The notes below the pieces were generated by a model, which made no database searches, had not been told where the DNA came from, and saw only the letters and a program-made list of their open reading frames with translations. Below, in pieces: positions 12,201 to 21,700 of a stretch of 64,000 nucleotides of DNA. Made by a program: the position numbers and the translations under genes. Where the stretch lies: IMG/VR virus record IMGVR_UViG_3300028048_000042. The stretch is one strand, 5' to 3'. Positions within the stretch are counted from its first letter, which is position 1. Each line of letters begins with the position of its first letter. The DNA comes from a virus (Duplodnaviria; Caudoviricetes).

Positions 12201-12435
12201 GCATGAAGCTAACAAAGAACAAAGAGAAGTTTATGCAAAAGAAAAAGAAGAAAAAGAAAAAGCCATTGAAAAAATGGATAAGTCTAAACAGACTGCAAAA
12301 ATTTCCATTACGGTTATTGGTAGTGATGGTAAAGAAAAGAAAATAATGGCTACTGAGGATGAATTGAGAGCTTTAATTGCGCAACAGAAAGAAATGATTG
12401 CTCAGTTGCATGAAGAGTTAAAACAAAGAGGATAA
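6265..12435 (+). CDS. Tape measure protein 1 with C-terminal NlpC/P60-like domain
   Basis: 2056 aa, helical/coiled coil with Gly/Ala-rich hydrophobic stretches. NlpC/P60 motifs LGKTYVEG..GPEEFDDSG..GDLMFF..HVGMYDGNGKIVQAS at ~11350-11720. Confidence 0.8.
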   Translation: MDSVFDIYSDKNKKASGDGNTSVGKIENETATKLIATQIDKMSETLENANNQFGQLKTVFNDNQLLPAMNHVQSMVKDLNEVKTLLSNNSATSNDLSQYFSNASQDCVKMEQMFTNLSKSSENISKMANDKLAASVSTTSQDVARQAQELKNNLSQIMQILGQVQNAVTETTQATQGATQDLNTVNSQIGQTLEQQKNSATINQTIAQNLGKISENTRQQFDSVMKDLSERAGNYEKLNLAFGNMISDANQIANAELVTELENLQQQLSNDDKDGSQQSIANVSRIVEQGNQRMEQVAKYHEETKANSVANYRKLIENIKATEQSITSILQQKEDVLGVKNADGFKSEIESLRNLREEVSNQAKTQINTIMEQQKKAISEAINIQHQNQNGAVDKNSSTYDLVTSQIMNGQIQGINYDRLVHGVDDALMGLEQSRGKNSPWYQYVTTGNLLGNKTELASNLRNVQRYGYAAQQSQDGLLKALTDDHLTNAQKAQSIGQLQGAYSPLIESIKKTANGMNFSTGGGKGLTEQDKKVLDGFKVQVESALDNLTKSINAIEAHDPNDATLKQLREEQKVLQDIKDKADKASESSSALSNIFSTMWSGLKKFKNILASGLSLLGLGGLLNPLTQLKAGIEQEEAQGKRRYRAAKLDFYMGTGLNGARMIDSADTQANYYWRITNGMISEDEFLDYNSALAHGVGGHYGESQEKAASDMHNIAKQTMAFIKTKDISTNSAADFYKNFYKDAGMSAEAASAALVSVAQTATTANVPVEKYVNMVSQMAASLRNQGISAEQVQGSMNALVRKGLRPEDAQSMVGSFANANQNMAKDMNASAFWGMMAGQGGDPFSLIAAGYKSHNADGSVNKQWANMMGQRVFAEMGFMATIGGMDNPLGQSMAIDVLTNRGYGRKDASMIVDALEKGDNDLVADLFQKAEDHKDGGKAMLAEAADEAVAQLKQAGNQVSVFQKISTDMVEMQKQIGNAIRDYLSEPLKKFREGFGEVLKTIVDWSKKLIDAVTGLLDGNSTAGQALSWMGDNPGKTFLGAVGTGAVLFAGARGLKSLGSKAVNKIAGGATGSVISKAGKLARGGSMGLGMLGAGLALGVGGVALTQLVKMFSDGTATVTAKEQGTAAKNAMDNIITTYNADSVPEYSSPDLPNDIVNDGFESPNHFMDVINGDFRDKGLQDEINDYQEKDPYEWSEGTKTLADNALDIGMGVAAAAGYAGSAMFTRNGKAKWLRNKRTINQNLKNLKEGVRDLRYDGISLGTRLFAGSSYGKSLWGNMAKSMKGLKGTGALGAALTVGGDVFSEYQDAKDNPDRFTNGQRAGRVAFKSGGALVGGAVGGFLGSALGPLGTMGGAWAGSMVGGWAGEKLMNSQVGAAFGLADWQGNARQNEKKVKDYENSVRQSEELYGDASKSILNSNNENHKAVGKALGDHGIKVEDVTREEEQYMNDLFNELKSKGFNEQLAAYLAASQITVYKEQAEFANKNDVSSLADSLKKIGRNALDGVSGESEEQKLAEHELMASALLSGTFYGDSDIDTKADAADAFLSAIKNHIVPNDEYLKNWVAVYDEAGIENSWSKYTEDGEEAEKIKKLYREYAKKFRGDDWFDNEDKLKMAKWAAMTDYARDNQESGVAKDIANDWAYFASQKYKKEVNDQTAAILREKDGTPKEKANQIYKNPYTLAPKINPARTGLREKFRKTVREQLGKTYVEGKNGPEEFDDSGLMEYGGKQAGLTYFGRQANNQYDFFKGKNALKKSINELTAGDLMFFKGDNGEINHVGMYDGNGKIVQASQGEGKVVEGNINDIWFRDHFAAGGDLSAVGAEAGAPESGDGSGGEQKTVAEVLGARESLYDAQMKQIGEFAGMKDKELLNDKIATGQYILDGVSALSANGNYMSIRGVRDSFRLNSGVKDKDLFGVGLKGAFSGDGKMLSDAGVLEMDERLSKQAGEKDKHTYHLKGYEEAEKYSSEMDKIAEEMHEANKEQREVYAKEKEEKEKAIEKMDKSKQTAKISITVIGSDGKEKKIMATEDELRALIAQQKEMIAQLHEELKQRG

Positions 12436-12451
12436 ATGGAAGGATATTGAA

Positions 12452-15400
12452 ATGGCAACTTTACAAACAGCGTTCCAAAAATACGCTACGAATACAGTTA
12501 ACAAACAAATAAAGTCTTCTATTTCTGATGTAAAATCGGCAATAAAGAAGTTGGAAAAAGTTCGTAAAACTTCTATAAAAGATAAACAAGAGTTGTTGAC
12601 TGAAGTTGAAAAATATATAGCGAATCTGCGTACTTGCCTTACAGAATTGAAAAAGTTAGACGAGGTTGATTTTTCAAATGCAAAAATAAAACACCAAGTT
12701 GCACAAAAGGACGCTTTGGAACAGTTGAGAAACTATGAAAATGCGATTTCAAAATATAATATTTCTGTTTTGACTTTGGCAGATTCTCTTAATATTGATA
12801 AAACAAGTATGCAGGCTTTACATGAAGCCTGCATAGCCCCTATGGGGGTTTCAATGTGGCAAGAACTGCTTGCAAGTGTTTCTTTAGCAACAACAAAGAA
12901 TTTCAGTCAAGGGCAATTAGCTTATGAGGAAAATTATCGAAAAACTTTATCTGCATCTATTGGTGATATTGCTTATGATATGTATTTACCGACAGCGCAA
13001 TATAATCCTATAGGTGGAATAACGACACAAGCTGATATTGAAGAAACAGTAAAAAAAGCATTAGACCCTTTTATTGAAGCACAGAATAGGATTATAGAAA
13101 ATGCAAAAGATTTTGAAAATCAAAAGCAAGGAAAAGAACAATTAGCCACAAAGCAAAGATTAGCGTTTTTAACTGAATTGAGTCAAACGATTCAACAGCA
13201 ATATCAAACAGGTACAATTACTACGGATTCTCGTCAAAAAGCAAATAAGCTTTTGCAGATGATGGAAGATTTTAATAATAATCTTGATAAAGCTATTATG
13301 GTAGATATTACACTTTCGGAAGGACAAATGTCTGAATTAAACAGAGAATTTATTAACTGTACCGAAAAACAAAAACAATTAAAAGATTATATTGAAAAAT
13401 TTGATAAACAGATTTTAAAAAATTCAACGGAAAAGATTCAATCGTTAGATAGTATTAATAAAGCTATTATAGATACAATTGAAAGCTTAACTACATCTTA
13501 TTTGGTTTTGATGGATAACAATATTGGAGATATAACAGATTTGTCTCCTGTCTTAAATAGTTATGCTAAATATTTTTCTCAAATCGGACAAGGTGGAGAA
13601 GTAACACAAGGTATTGAAAATGCAATGCGTAATACGTATTATAATACCAAACTTGGAAATGCTTTTTCTTCAGGGAATTTGCAAAAAGCGTACTTGGGGT
13701 TAAATACTATTGACCGAACAGGTTACGAAAATAGATTTTCCACTTATAACAATGAAACGTTGAGAAATAAAATACAACAAGGTATTTACTTAAATGAACA
13801 ATTTAGAAATGATTATAAGGATTTTGGGGAGGTTGGATATAATGGTATAACTGTACAACATGCTCAAAGCACATTAGTTCCTATTGCTTCTCAAAGTGCA
13901 GATGTACATATAGATTTGTTAAAAAATAGTCAACAAAATATTTTATTGACTCAAAAAGATAAAGAAACTCGTCAGTATATTGTGAATTCTGCAAAAAAAA
14001 TAGTTGAAGATATTGACAAATTGCTTTATAGTTTTGATTCATTGGAAGAAAAACCAAAAGCATATGAAGGATTAAAAAAACAAAAAATTGAACTCGAAGA
14101 AGAAATTGAAAAAATTGAAAATATGGGCAGTTCGTTTGACAAATTAAAAAAATTCTTGCAAACGCTTAATTCAATGAAAAATAAAATGATTGGTGGTTTG
14201 GGTGCAATTTTTGGAGCAATGGGTATAGGACAATTATTCCACCCGTTACAGATGTTAGGCGAAATAATCAACCAAATGAATGAAATGGGACGATTGAGAT
14301 ACCAAACGTCTATGGCTGATTTTAGTGCAGGACATAGTATGAATGTGGGGCTAAATGAGTACATGAGTTATACGCTTCCTAAATACTATTATGATTTGTC
14401 TTATGGACAAATTGATAGGACAAAACCTTTGGCAATGTATAAAGGTTTAATTAAAAATGTTGGTGGACATTATGGCGCAAATACAACAAATGACTTATCA
14501 TGGATGGCTTCTCAAATTGTTGCTGATTCAGAATTGTTTGATTTGGGTGATGGAGAAATTTTTGCATTTTTAAAAACCTTCTATAAAGATATGGGAGATA
14601 GTGCTACTGAAGCAATGCAAAAATTGCGTAGCTTGGAAACCTTTGCACAATTATATAACATTCCAATGGAAAAAATGCTGTCGTTAATTAATGGAATGAC
14701 AGAAGGAATGCGTTCTTTGGGTGTATCTTCTCGTGTGGTTCTTAATTCTGTAACAGGATTAGTTCGTATGAATAAAATGCGAATTGAAGATGCCGCTGAT
14801 TTAGTTCAATCTACTGCGACAAATGCAGATAAAATGTCAAAAGATTGGTCACGTAGTATTTTTTGGGGAATGATGAGTCAAATTAATAAGGGCGAACATA
14901 TGGATGACCTTTTTGACCTTGTTTTGGATGGATATAAGTCTCATTTTGCAGATGGGTCTGTAAATGAAAAATATTATGATTCTATGGTGGATAGATTATT
15001 TGCAGAAAGTGAATATTTTGGCACTCGTTGGGGTAGTGACCAAGATATGAATGATACAGATATGGGTTCTCACCTCTTAGACCAAGGTTATAATTTAAAA
15101 CAAACAGCAGAAATTATTCAACTGAAAAAAGAAGGTAAATTAGATGAATTAAAGAAAAAACTTAAAGCTTATGATGAATACAAAGACCCTCTTGCTCCTG
15201 CTGAAAAAACAAAAGAGTTTGCAGGACAGATTAAGACAATTGCAGAACAATTGGCAGAGACAACGAAACTCCAAGCAACTCTTAATAGCAAATTAAATGA
15301 AATTGCACATATTATTGATGAAAAGTTAGGCCCCACTCTTGAAAAAGGCAGAGGATTTATTCATGCAATGTTGAAAAAATATGGAAATGCAATGGCAGGT

Positions 15401-18214
15401 TTAATTGCAGGTGTAGGAGGACTTTTAAATTCACCAATAGGTAAGTTTGTTGGAGATTCATTCGCGAAGCATCCTTTTTTGACTATGGCTAGTGTTATGG
15501 GCGTATACAAATTAGGCAAATACGGTCTTGGTCAAGTGGGAAAAACTGCCAAAGCAGGTAAAATGAGTTTGCCGATGTTTTTGGCGTTAGGCACAACAGG
15601 TTTAATGTCTGCTTTAGTGACAAATGATTATTTGACAGAAAATTTAAAAGCTGAACAAGATGTTACGGATTCAGGTTACGAAGACCCTGCAACTGTATTA
15701 GTACGTATGTTCAATAATGGTACAGCAACAGCTAATATTATTTTTGACAAAGATACAAAAGATGCACAAGAAAATCTTATATGGAGAGCCACAATGGGGT
15801 TGCTTCTAGCAGGTGCTCCATATTTGGCTTATAGATTTGCTTCTCGATTTATGAGGTCAAATCCAAAAAGTGCAAGAAAATTCGATGTATCACAATTAAA
15901 AGAACGTCTAAAGTCTAGGTTAAAACAACTTACTCCCCAACAAAAAAAAGAACTTCAACAATACAAAGAACAAATGATAAGGTGGAGAAATAAGCAAAAT
16001 AGACGAGCACAAGAAATTTATAATACAATGCTAGAAGCACACAGAAAACGTGTTGCAGAAATTATTGCAATTAATGAATATAATGCAAAGGTTAGAGCAA
16101 AAAATAAGGAAATTATCGAAACAAGAATTAGAAGATTAAAAAGATTAAGGCAGTTAAGAAGAAAATCAGGAAAATATTTTAAATTAAGGAATAGAATGCG
16201 TTCTCTTCGAGGTGGATTAAAAGATTTCGGACTTAATTTGCTCGTTTCTTATGGTATTGATTTACTTACAGGTGAAAACCCTGAATCTGTCACTGATGAA
16301 ATTGGCGATTTGGCGTTAGATGCAGGGGCAATGACTGTGCTTTCAAGGAAATTTGGATTAAAAGGTGCGATTGCAGCTCCTTTTGTAACAGCAGGTGTAA
16401 AATCATTCTTGGGAGGTAAAAAAGCAGAAGCATCTCCATTACATAATGATTATTGGCCTTCAAAACCTGAAACACAAGGTACACATAATCCTGCCGAAAG
16501 TCAACGAGAAGAGGAAATGTTAAATTATCAGCAGGAAATGGCAAGGCAAATGAGTATTAATGGCTCATTTTATCGTCAATCTGATGATTGGGATGATATT
16601 TCAGAGAAAATTGGTAAAAGCAATGATGAATTAAAACAAGAAGTAAGAGAATCTTTAGGTAGACATGGTGTTAAATGGGATGAATTATCTGATTATGAAA
16701 AAAGAATATGGACTGACTCATTTAATAAATATCAAGAAATAATGGGCGATTATTTAAAAGCTATTGAACAAGCTACTAAATTAGTTTTGGCTATAAAATC
16801 TTCAAGTTTTAATTCTCAAAGCTATGACCCTGCTGGTTCAGGTAATAATGTATTTAATGCAAAGGTTGTTTATGAAAGATTGAAAGCGGCAGGTTATAGT
16901 GAAGAAGCAACTATTGGTATTATGGCTCGTTTAATGGGCGAACATCACTTCCAAACATCTGATGTTCCTCTCTATGAACCAGGTGGCGGTCTTGGTACTT
17001 GCGGTGGTTTGGGTATTATGCAATGGCAGGGTGAACGTAGAGAAAGATTGATGAAAAATCCCAATTACTTAGATATTGGTGTTCAAGTTGACTTTATGAT
17101 TGATGAAATGAAACAAAAAGGATATGGGCCTGATAAAATGAATCAATATAATGCTAGTGAAGCAGCATATTGGTTTACTAAAGATGTTGAAATCGGTAAT
17201 TTTACAACTGAACAAGAAAATATTGCATCAATCAGAGCATTAAGAGCAAGTAATTTTTCAGGCGCACAACAAACAAAGAAACCCCCTTCAAGTTTTTTAG
17301 GCGGTGGGGGAGGAATAAGATGGCAATCACAGTTTGAAAATGGTGGTAGTGATAGATGGTGTACATCTGCTGCTTTTGGTATGTTATACAATTCATTGCA
17401 TGGTACAACTTATGATGTTAATTATATTCATGCTAATATTTGGAATGGTAATTCACATAGTGTAGATAATATATTGTCAGAGCTTGGATTGCAAGGAAGT
17501 GTTTTGTATGGTAAAGCAGGCTTAGATGCTGCTTTACAAAAAGGAACACCGACATATATGTATTTTCAGGATGATGCTTATAATGCAAAAGTAAATTCAG
17601 GTACTGGAACACACGCAGTAATTATTCAAGCTAATGGTCAAGGAGGATTTACATATTATAACCCTGCAAGGACAAGTGAAAGTGAAGGTATAGGAACAAT
17701 TTCTTACGAAGAATTGGCAAATACAATTAGTGGTAGAACTGAATTCCTTGTACCTGATTCCTTTAATAGTAAATATAGTGGTAAGTTTAATGTTAAGTTG
17801 CCACAGCTCAAACCATACAAGCCAAAAACAATAAAAGAAAATTTCGAAGATAGCATTAAAGCGTATCAAAAAGCAATTGGGTTTGATGGTAAAAAAACTA
17901 TTAAGGGAAGAATTATTAATGGTATGTATGTTGACCCTAATCAAAAATTTGTTTCAATTGAAGATGAAATTAAGAAATTGAAAAAAGATTATGGAGTTTC
18001 ATCAAGCGATGTTACTGCTGCTGAAAGTGAAAAAGCTGTAAAAGATGCTACGAAAGCTAGTTTAGAACAAGCAAAAAAAGTTGCTGATAAAAATTGGGCA
18101 GATGTACAGGCTGCAAGAGAAGCCCAAGGCATTCGAATTAATTCCCTTATCCAAAAGGTCAAAGCCTTGTTAAAAAAATATTTTGATAATGTTGAAATAA
18201 GAAGTGATATTTGA
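12452..18214 (+). CDS. Tape measure protein 2 with phage tail lysozyme and C39-like peptidase domains
   Basis: 1920 aa paralogue of TMP1. Lysozyme-like GYSEEATIGIMARLMGE..GLGIMQW..QVDFMIDEM (~16850-17250); papain-like SQ..WCTSAAFGM..HAVII..YYNP (~17310-17760). Confidence 0.75.
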   Translation: MATLQTAFQKYATNTVNKQIKSSISDVKSAIKKLEKVRKTSIKDKQELLTEVEKYIANLRTCLTELKKLDEVDFSNAKIKHQVAQKDALEQLRNYENAISKYNISVLTLADSLNIDKTSMQALHEACIAPMGVSMWQELLASVSLATTKNFSQGQLAYEENYRKTLSASIGDIAYDMYLPTAQYNPIGGITTQADIEETVKKALDPFIEAQNRIIENAKDFENQKQGKEQLATKQRLAFLTELSQTIQQQYQTGTITTDSRQKANKLLQMMEDFNNNLDKAIMVDITLSEGQMSELNREFINCTEKQKQLKDYIEKFDKQILKNSTEKIQSLDSINKAIIDTIESLTTSYLVLMDNNIGDITDLSPVLNSYAKYFSQIGQGGEVTQGIENAMRNTYYNTKLGNAFSSGNLQKAYLGLNTIDRTGYENRFSTYNNETLRNKIQQGIYLNEQFRNDYKDFGEVGYNGITVQHAQSTLVPIASQSADVHIDLLKNSQQNILLTQKDKETRQYIVNSAKKIVEDIDKLLYSFDSLEEKPKAYEGLKKQKIELEEEIEKIENMGSSFDKLKKFLQTLNSMKNKMIGGLGAIFGAMGIGQLFHPLQMLGEIINQMNEMGRLRYQTSMADFSAGHSMNVGLNEYMSYTLPKYYYDLSYGQIDRTKPLAMYKGLIKNVGGHYGANTTNDLSWMASQIVADSELFDLGDGEIFAFLKTFYKDMGDSATEAMQKLRSLETFAQLYNIPMEKMLSLINGMTEGMRSLGVSSRVVLNSVTGLVRMNKMRIEDAADLVQSTATNADKMSKDWSRSIFWGMMSQINKGEHMDDLFDLVLDGYKSHFADGSVNEKYYDSMVDRLFAESEYFGTRWGSDQDMNDTDMGSHLLDQGYNLKQTAEIIQLKKEGKLDELKKKLKAYDEYKDPLAPAEKTKEFAGQIKTIAEQLAETTKLQATLNSKLNEIAHIIDEKLGPTLEKGRGFIHAMLKKYGNAMAGLIAGVGGLLNSPIGKFVGDSFAKHPFLTMASVMGVYKLGKYGLGQVGKTAKAGKMSLPMFLALGTTGLMSALVTNDYLTENLKAEQDVTDSGYEDPATVLVRMFNNGTATANIIFDKDTKDAQENLIWRATMGLLLAGAPYLAYRFASRFMRSNPKSARKFDVSQLKERLKSRLKQLTPQQKKELQQYKEQMIRWRNKQNRRAQEIYNTMLEAHRKRVAEIIAINEYNAKVRAKNKEIIETRIRRLKRLRQLRRKSGKYFKLRNRMRSLRGGLKDFGLNLLVSYGIDLLTGENPESVTDEIGDLALDAGAMTVLSRKFGLKGAIAAPFVTAGVKSFLGGKKAEASPLHNDYWPSKPETQGTHNPAESQREEEMLNYQQEMARQMSINGSFYRQSDDWDDISEKIGKSNDELKQEVRESLGRHGVKWDELSDYEKRIWTDSFNKYQEIMGDYLKAIEQATKLVLAIKSSSFNSQSYDPAGSGNNVFNAKVVYERLKAAGYSEEATIGIMARLMGEHHFQTSDVPLYEPGGGLGTCGGLGIMQWQGERRERLMKNPNYLDIGVQVDFMIDEMKQKGYGPDKMNQYNASEAAYWFTKDVEIGNFTTEQENIASIRALRASNFSGAQQTKKPPSSFLGGGGGIRWQSQFENGGSDRWCTSAAFGMLYNSLHGTTYDVNYIHANIWNGNSHSVDNILSELGLQGSVLYGKAGLDAALQKGTPTYMYFQDDAYNAKVNSGTGTHAVIIQANGQGGFTYYNPARTSESEGIGTISYEELANTISGRTEFLVPDSFNSKYSGKFNVKLPQLKPYKPKTIKENFEDSIKAYQKAIGFDGKKTIKGRIINGMYVDPNQKFVSIEDEIKKLKKDYGVSSSDVTAAESEKAVKDATKASLEQAKKVADKNWADVQAAREAQGIRINSLIQKVKALLKKYFDNVEIRSDI

Positions 18215-18275
18215 CTGTAATTAAATTATTGTTAGAGTAGAAGATTAAAAATTATACCGAAAGGAAGATTATATA

Positions 18276-18713
18276 ATGGCAAAGAAAAAGTCTGATAAAC
18301 TTGTTGCTGATTTACTTGCGGATTTGATTGAAAGTCCACAGGATATTGATTATGTAGAATTGTTTGATAAGAAGTGGGGTTTTCGTCAGATTACAACAAA
18401 AGACCATTTGGGAGTTTTGAAGAAAACACAGGCTCTTAATAAAGATGAAGCTGCTCGTGTTTTTGGTATTACTCTTGAATATTTACGCAATGCACTTGTC
18501 AGTGTCGAAGGTATTATCCTTACTGATGAACAGAAATCTCAGTTGCTTGAAAATATTTCTCCTGCAATGCTGAACGCTTTGTTCTTTGAATTTGAAAAAG
18601 TTTCAAGACGAAAAGCTGATGAACGAATTGAATCCGAAAAGGCAGAAGAAACAGAATCTGATGAAGATGAAGCTGATGAAAAAACAACTAGCAACAATGT
18701 AATTGATGCCTAA
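18276..18713 (+). CDS. Second tail assembly chaperone (short form)
   Basis: KKWGFRQITTKD..LEYLRNALVSVEGI matches KKWTFKTLTPKE..LEILKSAIVAINDI of 5281..6246; precedes TMP3. Confidence 0.6.
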   Translation: MAKKKSDKLVADLLADLIESPQDIDYVELFDKKWGFRQITTKDHLGVLKKTQALNKDEAARVFGITLEYLRNALVSVEGIILTDEQKSQLLENISPAMLNALFFEFEKVSRRKADERIESEKAEETESDEDEADEKTTSNNVIDA

Positions 18714-18721
18714 AAAAAATG

Positions 18722-18750
18722 AAAGCAAGTGGTTAAACCACTTGCTTTTT
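18722..18750 (+). terminator. Terminator-like near-perfect palindrome
   Basis: AAAGCAAGTGGTT-a-AACCACTTGCTTT then TT. Confidence 0.7.
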
Positions 18751-18796
18751 CTATTGTTTAGTTGTAGAGATTTTTTGTGTTTAGGATGGTGAAATA

Positions 18797-21700
18797 ATGT
18801 CAACAATTGATGAAATTCAATCAAACATTCAAGAAGAAGACCAAGAATTGTTTGATACACTGCAAAGTGTTTTTACTTTAAAAAGTGATATAACAAAAAT
18901 TATTGAAAATAAAAATAATCAATTTTTGCAATTAAAAGAAATGTTGGAATCAATTGCTGATTATGTTAAACAGGAGCAACATTTACGTCAAGTTATTGCA
19001 GAAAAAAAAGTTAATGATTTAGATGAAATTCAACGGATATTTAATGCTCAAAATGAAGCTATGTCCGAATTATATCATGGTTATTATAAGGCTAAAGAAG
19101 AAAGCGACCAAAAATTAGAAGGTTTTATAAGCGATTTAGCGGAGGTTATTGGAGGTCTTACTTCAGCCCATAATCAATTGATAGATGTTGTGAAAAGAGA
19201 TTATCCAAATTTTGGAAATCAAATTAAATTCGTTTCAGCACAACATAAAAAAATAATTGATGCAATTAAAAAAGTATATAATCAAGAAAGACAAAGAACA
19301 ACTGAACAAACACAAAAAATAGATGAATTCATACAGCAGACTCAGCAAGTAAAAGAAAGTGAATCTCTCTCTAATATTAACCGTTCTGTTACGCAGCGAT
19401 TAAATGCTTTGATTAATAAGATTGTTTCAGATAACGAAATATTATTAACCAAAGGCACTTTTGTTAAAAATAATAATCGTGAATATTATCGTGTAAAGGA
19501 TGCAATGGAAGAAATTACACGAAAGCTTAAATATTCTCGTGAGTTGGGGGACGAAGAAAATTATTCAGATAGTTTATCTAAATTGTTAATAAACACGAAA
19601 CAAATTGTTACTATAATGTCGGAAGATTTTAATAATTGGAAAGATTTAAAATATGAGGACATTGCAGGATTTAACAAAAAGATAGATAAATATGATGGAC
19701 TGTCTGCATTAAATCAAGAGATTTTAAATGAATTGAATCCTGATAAATTTAAAGATGAATTTGCAGGGTTTAATGAAGTGATGCGAAATGCACAAAAAAT
19801 CTCAAATGAAAAATTAAAACAATTCATAAGTGATGGAATTAATTCGTATAGACAAAATCCTTTAGGCAAATTTGATTATATTAATGGTAATAGAGGTCTT
19901 ATAGATAGGACAAAAAAAGTTGCCAATCATGTAGATTATCAATCTTTGCATGACCCTGCACATATGAATTTTGCAAGAGCAAGAGCAGGGTATACGAATG
20001 TACTAAATTCAATCCATGAAGAACATTTAGAGGTTGCACAAAGAAGAGCACAATATGCAGGCACTGATAAAAATAGGGATGCTATTATTAATCAGGAAAT
20101 GCAAAAGTTGACTAGGGAAGATTTTAAAAACGGTAGATATACACAACCACTTATAGATTATAATGATAATTTGTTAAAATCTGCCAAGTTAGAAAAAAAA
20201 TCTTCAAAAGAAACCTCTAAAAATTTAGAAGAAGCAATCAAAACTACATATAGTCAAATTTATGCAATTTCGCATTTTGACCCTCAGAGTAAACTACTTG
20301 ATAAACTACGCTCTCAATGCAAAATGTTAGAAGATACAAAGAGAGATGTGGACGCAACACTAAAAGATAAAAAGACAATTCAGCTAAAAGATTTTCTAAA
20401 AAATCCATTGAAAGCAGCAGGATTAGGTACGCTTTTAACGTTGTTAGGTGCAGGAGGATTATTTTCTTTCAATAAATGGAAGAATATGATTAAGAGTCAG
20501 GCTGACAAGTCAGGGCAATTAATGTACAACAACTATCTGATAAATGCTAGTGCAGGTCTACCAATGGGTTATGGAGCATTAGACAGGGTATATAATCAAG
20601 GACGTACATTATATGCTATATCTAATGGCATGGTAGGATTTGAAGCTCCAACAAAAATGTATCATTCGCTAATCAAAAGAGTTGGTGGTGGTATGTATGG
20701 TGGAGCAAAAGACCCACAAGGCTTGTCAGCTATGGCAAAATACATGACATTACCTGCGCAATTATATGATATAAACGAAAACACTTTGGCTGATTTTGCG
20801 AATAGTATGTATAAAACCAACAAAATGAGTTCCCAAGATACATTAGATACACTCAATAGAGTAATGAATGATGCAAAAAGAGCAAATGTACCAATGGAGA
20901 AATATATTAAATTAATTTCTTCGATGGCAACTCAAATGAGACATTTGGGATATAATGGTAGACACGCTGTTGGTATTATGACGCATATGATTAATAGAGG
21001 TATGCGTGTAGAAGATGCTCATGCGATGCAAACATCCATTTTAGGTGTACAGACGAACTATTCTAAGAATAAAAGTAATGCTGTATATGCAGTTATGACA
21101 GGTCAAGCAGGCAACATGTGGGCAGGTATACTAATGAATTTGAAAACGCATGATGCTAATGGCGACCCAATAGGGAATCGCCAAAAAATGATTGGTCAGC
21201 AGATGAAAGCCGAATTAGGATTTTATCAATTTGGGTTTAGTGAAAATCCTGAAATGCAAAGATTTTTGATGGCACAAAAACTGCAAATGATGGGTTTTGA
21301 TAGACAGCGTATTGCACAATTAACAGACACTGCAATTTCAGGTAGTGATGAAGATTTAGGCAAATTACTTGAAGGTTTTGAAGAAGAAGACATAGCCAAG
21401 ACAGAAAAAGCAGCAGACGGATTAAAACGAATGGCAGCAGAATTAAAAACTGTTGGAGCACAAGTAAGCCATTGGCAAAAGATGAAAACCGATATGACTG
21501 TTGCAGCAAATAAAATAGCAGAGAGTTTGGGAAGTCATCATGCCGCAATGCAAGAATTGTCTGAAATGATTCACAATCAAATTAAAAATTTAACACCTGA
21601 GTACACAGAATTTATCAAAAAAATCGGTGAATTACCTGATAAGATAAAGAAATTTAAGGAAGAACATGGTGAATTAACAAGCTTTATATTAGCCCATCCT

